24,000 nucleotides of DNA from Desulfobacteraceae bacterium 4572_130 (GCA_002084425.1 NBLN01000005.1:101360-125359); one strand, 5' to 3'. Positions 1 through 8,174 are shown, counted from the first letter of the stretch. The notes: generated by a model from the sequence alone, not told the origin. Made by a program: numbers and translations.

Positions 1-850
1 CAAAGTAAGACCTATACGCCCTAAACCACCAGTAATAATATAAACATGACTTTGCCCAAGCAAGGTTTTATGATTTTTTAGAGATTTGGGCAGGTCTATG
101 GGCTCAAAACGCTCAACCCAACGATTATAACCTCTAAGGGCAATAAGATGTTCAACATCCCTTGATGCAAACTCACGCATAAGTTGCTGGACAATGGTAT
201 CCAGAGATATTAATTTCTCAGAATTAAGTTGAATATCTAAAAGCCTGCAACTAATTTGATAATTTTCCTGAGACAAAACTATTCCAGTGCTGATAAGAGT
301 AGATTTTTCAGGAATTACTGATTCCTGATCAACTTGAACTGTATGGTCTGTGATATTCCAGACATCCAGCGTTTCTGGAAAAGATGCTGATGTTAAAGCT
401 TTGCAAAGATAAAGAAAATCATAATAATATCTCAGCAAATCTTTGGTATTTTCATTTTGGGTAAGACTCCATAGATATAAAATGTTATCAGGATATTTAT
501 TATCAGATATAAGTTTGGTTAAAAGTATTTTATAGTTTTCATAGGAAGATTTTTCCATTATAAAATAATTTTTGCCTTTAACTGGAGTTCGATATACTCG
601 CAAAATTTGATCGCCATTTTTTTCCAGTATATGACCAAGCTTTTCACCTAATTCTCCATTTTTCCCGTGATTGTCCAAAAACAAAAGCCAAACACAAAGA
701 TTTTTCGACATTTTTTCAACTTTGCCTTTAATTTCATCATTAAATATAGTTAAAGGAGCTCTTGACCATGAAGGTGTATAAAACCATTTTCCTAAAAACT
801 GTTTTCCATCTTTATATTCATTAATTTTTGTTTTTGACTTATTATCTAAC
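1..850 (-). other. Ketoreductase (KR) region: structural subdomain plus the start of the catalytic subdomain, truncated by the window edge
   Basis: The ~270 aa after the AT linker have no DH or MT motifs and end in the NAD(P)-binding motif YIITGGLGRIGLTL at nt 1-42. Confidence 0.6.
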
Positions 851-3800
851 CATACTTTTTCCTTTTCAAAGCAATACCCAGGCAAAGGTATTCTTGATTT
901 TTTTTCATTTTTATTAAAAGCATTCCAATTTATATTAACTCCACCTTCCCAGAGTTTTGCAATTGTTTGGCTTAAAAATAACATATCTGAAATTTGCTCT
1001 TTAGGATGACGCATTGATGGGATAATAAAAGGGGTTTGAGCTTTTGGGGCTTTAGTTGCTATAATTTTAAAAGCTGAATTACAAAGAATCCTTCCAGGAC
1101 CTGTTTCTATAAAAATATATGGATTTAACTCCATAATCCCCTTGATATTTTTGGAAAAAAGAACAGGATTTTTAATATGTTCTTCCCAGTAACAAGGATC
1201 CTTTGCTTGGGAATCTGTAAACCATGTGCCTGTAAAATTAGATATAATTGGTATTTCAGGTTTTTTTAGGATAAGCTGCTTAGCTTTTTCTGCTAGAACT
1301 TTTCCAGCATTTTCCATAATAGGTGTATGATAGGCTTTAGATTGGTGAACTCTGCGATAAAAAATCTCTTTTTGTACAAGATCTTTTTCAATGGCATCAA
1401 TTGCCTGACATGTTCCTGAAAAAACCATATCTTCCTGAGAATTTATAACAGCAAGCCATATGTTTTGTTTTTTTTGTATAAGTTTTTCTGCTTTGTTTAA
1501 AGATATTTGCACGGAAATCATAGCACCATCAGGTGTCTTATCTAGTGCTTTGCTTCTTGCTACAATCAGTTCTAAAGCATGTTCCAAACTAAAAATTCCT
1601 GCAATACAAGCCCCTATATATTCTCCAAGGCTATGTCCCACAATGGCATCTGGAAATATACCCCATTCCATAATAGTTTTTGCCATTGAATATCCAGTTA
1701 TAAAAATTGAAGGCTGAATATAATAAGCTTTTTCTAATGCTTTTTTTGCTTTAAAAGTTCCCTTTTTTGCATGAACAAACTTCCTAATATCAACTCCAAG
1801 CATTGGATTTACAATTTCACAGCATTCATCATAATAGCGTTTAAAAACAGGCTCATTTTTATATAAATCATAACCCATGCCAAGATATTGAGCTCCACCT
1901 CCGGGAAACATAAAAACTATTTTTCCACCCTTTTTTTTAGATAAAACAATTTGCCTGTTTTTAAGGTTATTAATTGCTGATGGAATATCCTGACAACTTA
2001 CAGCCAATCGATGAGAAAAAGTTTCACGACCATTAAGCAAAGTATAAGCTGCATTACTTATATTTATTTTGGGGTTGGCAGTTAAATGCTTAATCAAATT
2101 TTTCCGATTTTCTTCAAGAGAAAAAGGAGTTTTAGCTGATAAAGTTAAAATTTCAGAATCTGTTTTAGACTTAAGCTCAGTATTTTTATTGTTCCATTCT
2201 TCCAGAATTATATGACAGTTAGTACCGCCTATTCCAAAACAGGAAACTCCTGCTCTGCGGGGTTGTTCTCCAATTTTTTCCCAATTTTGTAGTTTATCAT
2301 TAATATAAAAAGGACTATTTTCCAGATTTAATTCAGGATTTGGTTTTTCAAAATCTATGGAAGGAGGAATTTGTTTGTTTTTAAGAGCTAGTATGGTTTT
2401 TATAAAACCTGATATGCCGGCTGCTATATTGCTGTGTCCAATATTTGGTTTTACAGAACCTAAAGCACAAAAATGCTTTTTATCTGTGGAATTACGAAAT
2501 ACTTCCTTTAATGCTCTTACTTCAATGGGATCCCCTATTAAAGTTCCTGTACCATGACATTCAATATAAGAAATTGACTCTGGTTTAATTTTAGCTCTTA
2601 ATTGAGCTGCTGCAATTACTTTAGCCTGTCCCTGAATTCCCGGAGCTGCATAACCTGCTTTAGCATCTCCGTCATTATTAATGGCAAAACCCTTGATAAT
2701 ACCATGAATTGTATCATTATCAGATATTGCATCTTTTAATCTTTTTAAAGCAACAACACCTACGCCATCACCTAATATTGTTCCTGTTGCATTGGCATCA
2801 AAGGCACGGCAATGTCCATCTTTTGAATTAATATGACCTTCAGCAAAAAGATATCCTCCTCTGGGAAAAATCAAACTGGAGGCTCCTGCAAGTGCCATAT
2901 CACATTGATATGTTAAAAGAGATTCACATGCAGTTGCAACAGCAACCAGAGCAGTAGAACAGGATGTCTGAACACTTATGGCAGGTCCCTGTAAATTTAA
3001 AAGATAGGCTACTCTGCTGGTAAGATAATCTTTATCATTACCAATTTCTACAAGGTGCTGCTCCATGGGATCTCTTTGATCTGTAAGACCTTTGCTACCC
3101 AGATAATTAAGCAGATAAAGAGGTAAAAAACACCCACCAAAAATTCCAGTTCGCTTATATCCTCCTTTAGGAGAATAACCTGCATTTTCCAGAGCATGCC
3201 AGCAGCATTCCAAAAACATTCTATGCTGGGGATCCATTAAAAGAACTTCCTTACGGCTTAATCCCCAGAATTTAACATCAAATTTATCTGGATTTTCTAA
3301 AAACGCTCCTGATTTTACATAATTTTCATCATTGTAAATTTCCGGTGAAATTCCTTCTTTAATTAATTCTTGTTCTGTAAAATCACGGATTGAACGAACT
3401 CCATTTATAAGATTCTGCCAAAATTCATTTATATTATTTGCTCCGGGAAATCGTGCTGAAATACCAACCACAGCAATCTCATTGTTATTATCATTATATT
3501 GTGGAAAAGATTCAATTTCTAAATCAATATCAACTGCTGATTCCAGATGAAAAACCAATTCCCTGAGCTTTGGATACTGAAAAATATCAATTACTGAAAT
3601 ACTTTTTTTAAGTTTTGTTCTGATTTCAGCACAAGCCTGAGCAGCTAGAAGAGAATGCCCTCCAAGATCAAAAAAATTATCATTTGCATCTACAAAATCA
3701 ACTTTAAGCAAAGAACACCAGATTTGAGCAATATCATTTTCCAGCCCAGCTCTAGGTAATTCTTGAAAATCCTGATGACTAAAAGTAAATGCTGTTTTAT

Positions 3801-5469
3801 CAATATCTGGTAATTTTTTGCGGTTAAGTTTGCCAGTAACAGAATCTATTGGAAGTTTTTCCAAGGGAATAATATAAGATGGAACAGCATAATGTGGGAG
3901 CTGGGTTTTTAAATGCTCTCTTAATCTTTTTAAAACATCTCCCATATCAGAATCGCCTTTAGCAACTATATATGCAGCCAGAGCTTCAGGCTGCCCTGTA
4001 TCTAAGTCATCCTTTGTAATAACTGCTGCTGCAAAAATATCAGGATAAGTTAAAATAGCAGCTTCCACAGCTTTAGGTACTATGCTGTATCCCCTCAGTT
4101 TTACCATAAATGCAATGCGTCCCTGGAGCTCTATATTTCCATCTGAAAGAACTTTTCCCATATCTCCAGTGCGAAATAATATGCTTCCATCTTTTTTTAC
4201 AGGATCAGGTATAAAACGCTCTTTTGTTTTTTCAGGTTCCTTTAAATATCCCCTTGCAACAGATGCACCTCCAACATAAACTTCCCCGGAAACGCCCTTT
4301 TGAACAGGCAAAAGATTTTCATCTAAAATATAGACCCAAACATTTGCCATGGGAAGACCAATGGGAGCATATTTAGAAGATATTTTTGAGTTTATGGTTT
4401 CAAGGTCTGTGGTGCATACATCATGGCATTCTGAAATGCTGTAATCATTTAAAAGTTTTACATGGGAAAGTTTTTTAAAAAATGTATCCCTTAACCTAGT
4501 TGGCACAACCTCTCCATTAAGATAAACTATTTTTAATGATTTAAGCTTATTTTCCAAAGGCAAATCAGGTATATTTAAAATCTGCTCAAGAAGTGATGAT
4601 GTAAAAAGTACCCGGGTAATCTTATTTTCACTTAAAAAATCCACTAACTGAAAAGGATCATAAATAACTTCATCTGGAATTACATAACAGGGATATCCCT
4701 GTAAAATTGATCGAATTGCCTCCCATACAAAAAAAACATTGCATGCTTCCCTTTCTTCTTTTTCATAAGGATAATGAGTATATCTCCACCAATAGGAGTT
4801 TACAGCTCCTTTATGAGGGCAGATAATTCCCTTGGGAGCCCCTGTGGTTCCTGAAGTCATTACACAATATGCAAGACTGTCAGAAGATTGAATATTTGAC
4901 TGGTTATTGATTTCAGAAAGTTGTTCTAATTTTAATGAATTTTCCCAACCTATATCCAATTTTAAAGCCCTGCCTGAAGAAGTCCAACTTTTAGGAAGTT
5001 TATCAAAATATTTTGATTTAGTAAGAATTGAAACAGGACCTGCTGTTTTCAAAACTTTTTTAATGAGTTCTTGTGGATATTCTGTTTCAATGGGCAGATA
5101 TGCTCCACCAGCCTTTAATATAGCAATATATGCAATTACATATTCAGCACATGTTTCCATATAAATGCCTGCCAGAGAATCTATTACAATCCCTTTATTC
5201 ATAAGATATTGTGCAAGAAGATCTGTTTTTTCATCAAGTTCTTTAAAAGTAAATTGTTTGTTCTCTCCAACCAAAGCTATATTGTCTGGAGTTTTTGTAA
5301 CCTGATCTTTAAATAACTCATGAAGACATTTATCCAAGGGATAAGGCTCTTTATCTCCCTTAAGAATAGATAAAGGCAGGGCTTTAAATTCTTTTTGGAT
5401 AATTTGAAAAATATTTTCCAGAACATCTTTTTGATGAGACTCTGTATAAAAATGACCTCCATCAAACAT
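1..5469 (-). CDS. Hybrid NRPS-PKS megasynthase, N-terminal ~1823 codons only (A-PCP-KS-AT-KR...); the ORF continues past the left edge of the window
   Basis: Manual minus-strand translation from the ATG at 5469 stays open to nt 1, so there is no stop in the window and the ORF is absent from the track. Motifs read directly: A3 LAYCVMTSGTTGAPKG (~4828-4875), A10 GKLNRKKLP (3811-3834), carrier FFDLGGHSLLA (Ser codon 3652-3654), KS VQTSCSTALVAV (Cys codon 2959-2961) plus ECHGTGT and NIGHS, AT GHSLGEY (Ser codon 1630-1632), and KR Rossmann YIITGGLGRIG (1-42). The ATG overlaps the stop of the upstream ORF (ATGTTTGA). Confidence 0.9.
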   Translation of the reverse strand, partial: MFDGGHFYTESHQKDVLENIFQIIQKEFKALPLSILKGDKEPYPLDKCLHELFKDQVTKTPDNIALVGENKQFTFKELDEKTDLLAQYLMNKGIVIDSLAGIYMETCAEYVIAYIAILKAGGAYLPIETEYPQELIKKVLKTAGPVSILTKSKYFDKLPKSWTSSGRALKLDIGWENSLKLEQLSEINNQSNIQSSDSLAYCVMTSGTTGAPKGIICPHKGAVNSYWWRYTHYPYEKEEREACNVFFVWEAIRSILQGYPCYVIPDEVIYDPFQLVDFLSENKITRVLFTSSLLEQILNIPDLPLENKLKSLKIVYLNGEVVPTRLRDTFFKKLSHVKLLNDYSISECHDVCTTDLETINSKISSKYAPIGLPMANVWVYILDENLLPVQKGVSGEVYVGGASVARGYLKEPEKTKERFIPDPVKKDGSILFRTGDMGKVLSDGNIELQGRIAFMVKLRGYSIVPKAVEAAILTYPDIFAAAVITKDDLDTGQPEALAAYIVAKGDSDMGDVLKRLREHLKTQLPHYAVPSYIIPLEKLPIDSVTGKLNRKKLPDIDKTAFTFSHQDFQELPRAGLENDIAQIWCSLLKVDFVDANDNFFDLGGHSLLAAQACAEIRTKLKKSISVIDIFQYPKLRELVFHLESAVDIDLEIESFPQYNDNNNEIAVVGISARFPGANNINEFWQNLINGVRSIRDFTEQELIKEGISPEIYNDENYVKSGAFLENPDKFDVKFWGLSRKEVLLMDPQHRMFLECCWHALENAGYSPKGGYKRTGIFGGCFLPLYLLNYLGSKGLTDQRDPMEQHLVEIGNDKDYLTSRVAYLLNLQGPAISVQTSCSTALVAVATACESLLTYQCDMALAGASSLIFPRGGYLFAEGHINSKDGHCRAFDANATGTILGDGVGVVALKRLKDAISDNDTIHGIIKGFAINNDGDAKAGYAAPGIQGQAKVIAAAQLRAKIKPESISYIECHGTGTLIGDPIEVRALKEVFRNSTDKKHFCALGSVKPNIGHSNIAAGISGFIKTILALKNKQIPPSIDFEKPNPELNLENSPFYINDKLQNWEKIGEQPRRAGVSCFGIGGTNCHIILEEWNNKNTELKSKTDSEILTLSAKTPFSLEENRKNLIKHLTANPKINISNAAYTLLNGRETFSHRLAVSCQDIPSAINNLKNRQIVLSKKKGGKIVFMFPGGGAQYLGMGYDLYKNEPVFKRYYDECCEIVNPMLGVDIRKFVHAKKGTFKAKKALEKAYYIQPSIFITGYSMAKTIMEWGIFPDAIVGHSLGEYIGACIAGIFSLEHALELIVARSKALDKTPDGAMISVQISLNKAEKLIQKKQNIWLAVINSQEDMVFSGTCQAIDAIEKDLVQKEIFYRRVHQSKAYHTPIMENAGKVLAEKAKQLILKKPEIPIISNFTGTWFTDSQAKDPCYWEEHIKNPVLFSKNIKGIMELNPYIFIETGPGRILCNSAFKIIATKAPKAQTPFIIPSMRHPKEQISDMLFLSQTIAKLWEGGVNINWNAFNKNEKKSRIPLPGYCFEKEKVWLDNKSKTKINEYKDGKQFLGKWFYTPSWSRAPLTIFNDEIKGKVEKMSKNLCVWLLFLDNHGKNGELGEKLGHILEKNGDQILRVYRTPVKGKNYFIMEKSSYENYKILLTKLISDNKYPDNILYLWSLTQNENTKDLLRYYYDFLYLCKALTSASFPETLDVWNITDHTVQVDQESVIPEKSTLISTGIVLSQENYQISCRLLDIQLNSEKLISLDTIVQQLMREFASRDVEHLIALRGYNRWVERFEPIDLPKSLKNHKTLLGQSHVYIITGGLGRIGLTL
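880..1920 (-). other. Acyltransferase (AT) domain
   Basis: VFMFPGGGAQYLGMG at the start, active-site GHSLGEY, and a downstream KAYHT motif in the position of the HAFH/YASH specificity motif. GHSLGE looks more malonyl-type than the methylmalonyl GHSQG, but that is a weak call. Confidence 0.75.
2198..3482 (-). other. Ketosynthase (KS) domain, full Cys-His-His triad
   Basis: EIAVVGISARFPGA at the start, active-site TSCSTALVAV, HGTGT (ECHGTGTLIGDP), KPNIGHSNIAAG, and GGTNCHIILEE at the end. Confidence 0.85.
3538..3745 (-). other. Peptidyl carrier protein (PCP/T) domain
   Basis: LENDIAQIWCSLLKVDFVDANDNFFDLGGHSLLAAQ, with the phosphopantetheine-attachment GGHS motif (Ser codon 3652-3654). Confidence 0.8.
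3811..5340 (-). other. Adenylation (A) domain of the NRPS loading module
   Basis: A-domain start LHELFKDQVTKTPDNIAL, A3 TSGTTGAPKG, A7-like FRTGDMG, A8-like GRIAFMVKLRGY and A10 GKLNRKKLP. The A4 and A5 motifs are atypical (see findings). Boundaries are approximate. Confidence 0.8.
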
Positions 5470-6046
5470 TTTTAAAGAAAAACTGTGTGATGTATATTGT
5501 TCCCATGTCTTTAATTGATTTTCTTCGCAAAGGAGGAAGAATCATTTTAATTAATTCAGGATTTTCCATAATTTTATCTGGCAGTAACCCCCATTCCTTA
5601 ACCATACTGATAAGTTTATCATCGGAAAAAAGATACATGGTAGATTTCAAAGAAATAAATTCAGGACTTGGAAGTGCAGATGCAATTAAATGAATGGGAC
5701 CTGGCAAACCATTTTTTTCCAGCTTTTTAGCAACTTCAAAACTTAGAACCGCTCCTATGCTGTGTCCAAAAAATGCAAAAGGTTTATCTGTATATGAAAC
5801 AAAATCCTTAGAAATATTAGAAATAATATCATCCATATTTGTAAAAAGATCTTCCTTAAAACGCATGGAGCGTCCAGGCAGACATATTGCCATAACTTCA
5901 ATTTCTTTGGAAAGTTTTTTTGCCCAATCCAGATAAGCCTGAGGACCGCCTCCACCATGAGGAAAACAAAACAACCGTATCTTTGCATCAGGACGCGGCA
6001 AATAGCAAAAAAACCAGGGTGATATAGAATAAGATGTTTTTTCCAT
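5462..6046 (-). CDS. Type II thioesterase-like alpha/beta hydrolase, apparently truncated or frameshifted (lacks the Asp/His half)
   Basis: 194 aa. RLFCFPHGGGG (oxyanion region), FFGHSIGAVLSFEVA (nucleophile elbow GHSxG, Ser95) and LPPLRR (the usual LPxLRAD) all fit type II NRPS/PKS thioesterases. The ORF ends ~19 aa after LPPLRR, without the catalytic Asp or the GGHF His motif. Confidence 0.75.
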   Translation of the reverse strand: MEKTSYSISPWFFCYLPRPDAKIRLFCFPHGGGGPQAYLDWAKKLSKEIEVMAICLPGRSMRFKEDLFTNMDDIISNISKDFVSYTDKPFAFFGHSIGAVLSFEVAKKLEKNGLPGPIHLIASALPSPEFISLKSTMYLFSDDKLISMVKEWGLLPDKIMENPELIKMILPPLRRKSIKDMGTIYITQFFFKNV

Positions 6047-6491
6047 TTAAGTATTATCCTTTTAAAAGGATTAAGATTAATACATATAAAATATAATAAA
6101 TTCATTTATTTTTCTGTATAAAAAGTTATTTCAGAATGCAAAATTATATAGGCTAAAATACAATATATGGTAAGAAAGTGTCAAATCTATAAATACATAT
6201 TGCATTTAACAACATTTTATTTCTAACTTTGGAACAGTTTATTACAAATTAAATTTTATATTCATTAATCTAATTTTTTATATCTTGAAAAGCATATCTT
6301 TTTAAAATGTTAAAATAAGGAAGTTTTTTTATTTTAAATTCTTTTTGATAAATAGGCAGTAAATATTCAGGTCAAAAATTATGTATTAAAAAAAAGATGA
6401 TTCCATATATAATTCTAATTTCAATAGAAAAAAATTATAATTCATAAATATTAAGCTTCAATTTTTTTCTTATTTATTATACTCTATTTTT

Positions 6492-7094
6492 TCATAAAAT
6501 TTTTTGCGTAAGCTTTGTGCAGACATAGACTGTTAATGCAAATATAATATCTAATGACAAATGTTTTGTAATAGATCTATCAAATAATATTTTTGCTTCA
6601 GCTTTAAATTCATCATCTTTTTCCCAATACAAAACAGCAATTGGAATACGGGGTGTTATTTTAAAAATATAAGCTGCATCTGCCATATTAACTGGAGTGC
6701 CACCAAAATTTTCACAGATTTTTCTAAATTGTTTAATATCCCCGCTATATTGTGAAGAAATCAGATTAGTTGAAATCTTATGGGGACCACGAAAAAATGT
6801 AACACCTCCGGGAATATCTTTTTCAGATATCCATTCTCCAGAAACCCTGATTTCCTTTGATTTAAGAAGATAATGTATAATAAAAATATATAAATATTCA
6901 TGAGGAGCTTGAAGATTTTTGCTAATAGGTTTAATTTTTGATTCATACGGATATATAGCATATTCCTGATTCCATAAAGATAAAGTATAATATTTTTTCA
7001 CATCATTATATCTGCATAAAGCCCTTGCACAAACATCTTTTGGATTTTGTTGAGCCAAATCCTTAAAATAAATTCCATCAATTAAATTTGACAT
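6492..7094 (-). CDS. DUF3786 domain-containing protein
   Basis: 200 aa. GEWISEKDIPGGVTFFRGPH and VLYWEKDDEFKAEAKILFDRSITKHLSLD match my recollection of conserved DUF3786 blocks. AGGAG Shine-Dalgarno upstream of the ATG at 7094. Confidence 0.7.
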   Translation of the reverse strand: MSNLIDGIYFKDLAQQNPKDVCARALCRYNDVKKYYTLSLWNQEYAIYPYESKIKPISKNLQAPHEYLYIFIIHYLLKSKEIRVSGEWISEKDIPGGVTFFRGPHKISTNLISSQYSGDIKQFRKICENFGGTPVNMADAAYIFKITPRIPIAVLYWEKDDEFKAEAKILFDRSITKHLSLDIIFALTVYVCTKLTQKIL

Positions 7095-7160
7095 ATTGCA
7101 CTCCTAATTAATAAAAATTATTATAACATAGATTTTTATAACATTTTTTTTTGGGTTTGG

Positions 7161-7189
7161 CATTGTTAATCTATGCAAGATTAACAATG
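7161..7189. promoter_or_regulatory. Perfect 11-bp inverted repeat CATTGTTAATC-N7-GATTAACAATG, a candidate operator in a divergent intergenic region
   Basis: Arms at 7161-7171 and 7179-7189 are exact reverse complements. The repeat lies 67-95 bp upstream of the DUF3786 start codon and has no flanking T-run on either strand, so it is not terminator-like. Confidence 0.35.
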
Positions 7190-7591
7190 AATAGAATCGT
7201 ATTTTAAATAAATTTTAGCATGTATTTGCTTAAAAATTTTACAGATTGTTTTTTTATATAAACTCATTTATAAATTTATATAAAAGAACTTATAATTATT
7301 TAATATTCTTTTATGTTTTGTTATGAGACAAATTAGGAATTAAAAACTAGAACTGCATTATGGCAGTTATTGTAAGATTTAATGTTTTTTAAAAAGACAT
7401 TGATTTTTTAATATGAATATCTGTCTATCAAATATTTTTCTTTTATATCAATAAAATAAACTTATTATCAAACTTCCTTGTTGATATTTATTAGAATATT
7501 AATCATGTTTGCTGATTATATTGAATAATAATTGTTATGCCTTAAGGAGACAACATGAATAAAAATGGACAGAAGTTAAGGAGGTCTCTTC

Positions 7592-8080
7592 ATGGTCGAC
7601 CATATAAAAGAGAGTGAGAATATTATCATGGATATCATAAACTCTGATTTTGGTTCGAAGTATTCACTTGTATCAAATATTGGAGACATTGAAGAACTGG
7701 CGATTAACAACTTCTCTATGATTCAAAAATTAATTTCTTCAGGTGAAGCTATCATCAGAATGGCACCAGTTTCTATTGATGGAACGACATTTAACATTAT
7801 TTCCACACCATTTGAGAAGCGATTATCAACATTATATACTGTAGTAATGATTATAGGTCCAATTATCGGAATAATATTGTCTTTTATGCTCTCATGGTAT
7901 TGGCTCTCATTAATTGTAATCGCTCCTATTATTTCAATAAAATTTAACAAGAAAGCATACTTGCATGCCCTTTTTAACAGAGCATTTAATTCGGAAATTA
8001 TATTTTCATATTTATTTACTGCTGGAAAAATAACGCTAGAATTGCCAGAATATGGAATTCTATATAGGAACCCGGCATAA
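7592..8080 (+). CDS. Hypothetical small membrane protein (two predicted TM helices), putative cassette cargo
   Basis: 162 aa. Strong SD AGGAGG (7579-7584) 7 nt before the ATG. Hydrophobic stretches LYTVVMIIGPIIGIILSFML and WYWLSLIVIAPIISI. I recognise no family motif. Confidence 0.6.
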   Translation: MVDHIKESENIIMDIINSDFGSKYSLVSNIGDIEELAINNFSMIQKLISSGEAIIRMAPVSIDGTTFNIISTPFEKRLSTLYTVVMIIGPIIGIILSFMLSWYWLSLIVIAPIISIKFNKKAYLHALFNRAFNSEIIFSYLFTAGKITLELPEYGILYRNPA

Positions 8081-8086
8081 CAAATC

Positions 8087-8153
8087 ACTTAATTTGAGTG
8101 CGGGGTGACAGCCGTTGCAAAAATTGCCTTCGGAGCGTCGCGCCAAGTTAGTT
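8087..8153 (+). mobile_element. attC-like imperfect palindrome (candidate integron cassette recombination site 1)
   Basis: Starts 6 nt after the stop at 8078-8080. Left core ACTTAAT (6/7 to RYYYAAC), right core GTTAGTT (6/7 to GTTRRRY). Outer stem TAATTTG(A)GTGCG pairs with CGCGCCAAGTTA (10 of 12, one bulged A). Apex stem GCCG-tt-GCAA-aaa-TTGC-ctt-CGG. Positions 8101-8160 are 33/60 G+C by direct count, in an otherwise AT-rich locus. Confidence 0.45.
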
Positions 8154-8174
8154 CAACCATTCGGTATTGAGAAA

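Noticed and set aside
1460-5164. Five short plus-strand track ORFs (1460-1717, 2357-2557, 4082-4279, 4907-5164, and similar)
   Set aside because: All of them lie antisense to the continuous NRPS-PKS reading frame, whose translation has dense, ordered domain motifs. They are low-complexity by-products of the opposite-strand codons.
5755-6105. 116-aa minus-strand ORF overlapping the thioesterase gene in another frame; also 5487-5693 and 5694-5936 on the plus strand
   Set aside because: The thioesterase frame carries the recognisable GHSxG and oxyanion motifs. These overlapping frames have none and are hydrophobic or low-complexity.
6228-6250. Sigma-54-like TGGAAC-N5-ATTACA
   Set aside because: The spacing and the -12 GC element do not fit the TGGCAC-N5-TTGCW consensus, and there is no downstream plus-strand gene.
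7470-7540. A possible third attC site ending in GTTATGC, upstream of the first cassette
   Set aside because: There is a long AT-rich imperfect hairpin (AATATTAATCA-tgtttgc-TGATTATATT, with weaker extensions). I could not find a left AAC core pairing with the GTT, and AT-rich DNA forms such hairpins by chance. I kept only the GTTATGC core as a possible boundary and did not call a feature.
7723-8088. 121-aa minus-strand ORF antisense to the first cassette ORF; also 8342-8542
   Set aside because: The plus-strand ORFs have strong SDs and TM-helix periodicity. These antisense frames have no SD and mirror the sense-strand composition.
8115-8174. TTG-initiated 20-codon N-terminal extension of the second cassette ORF (the track start)
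   Set aside because: The extension would begin inside the GC-rich attC-like palindrome, upstream of the GTT core. ATG 8175 gives a sensible N-terminus leading directly into the TM helix. The TTG start cannot be formally excluded.
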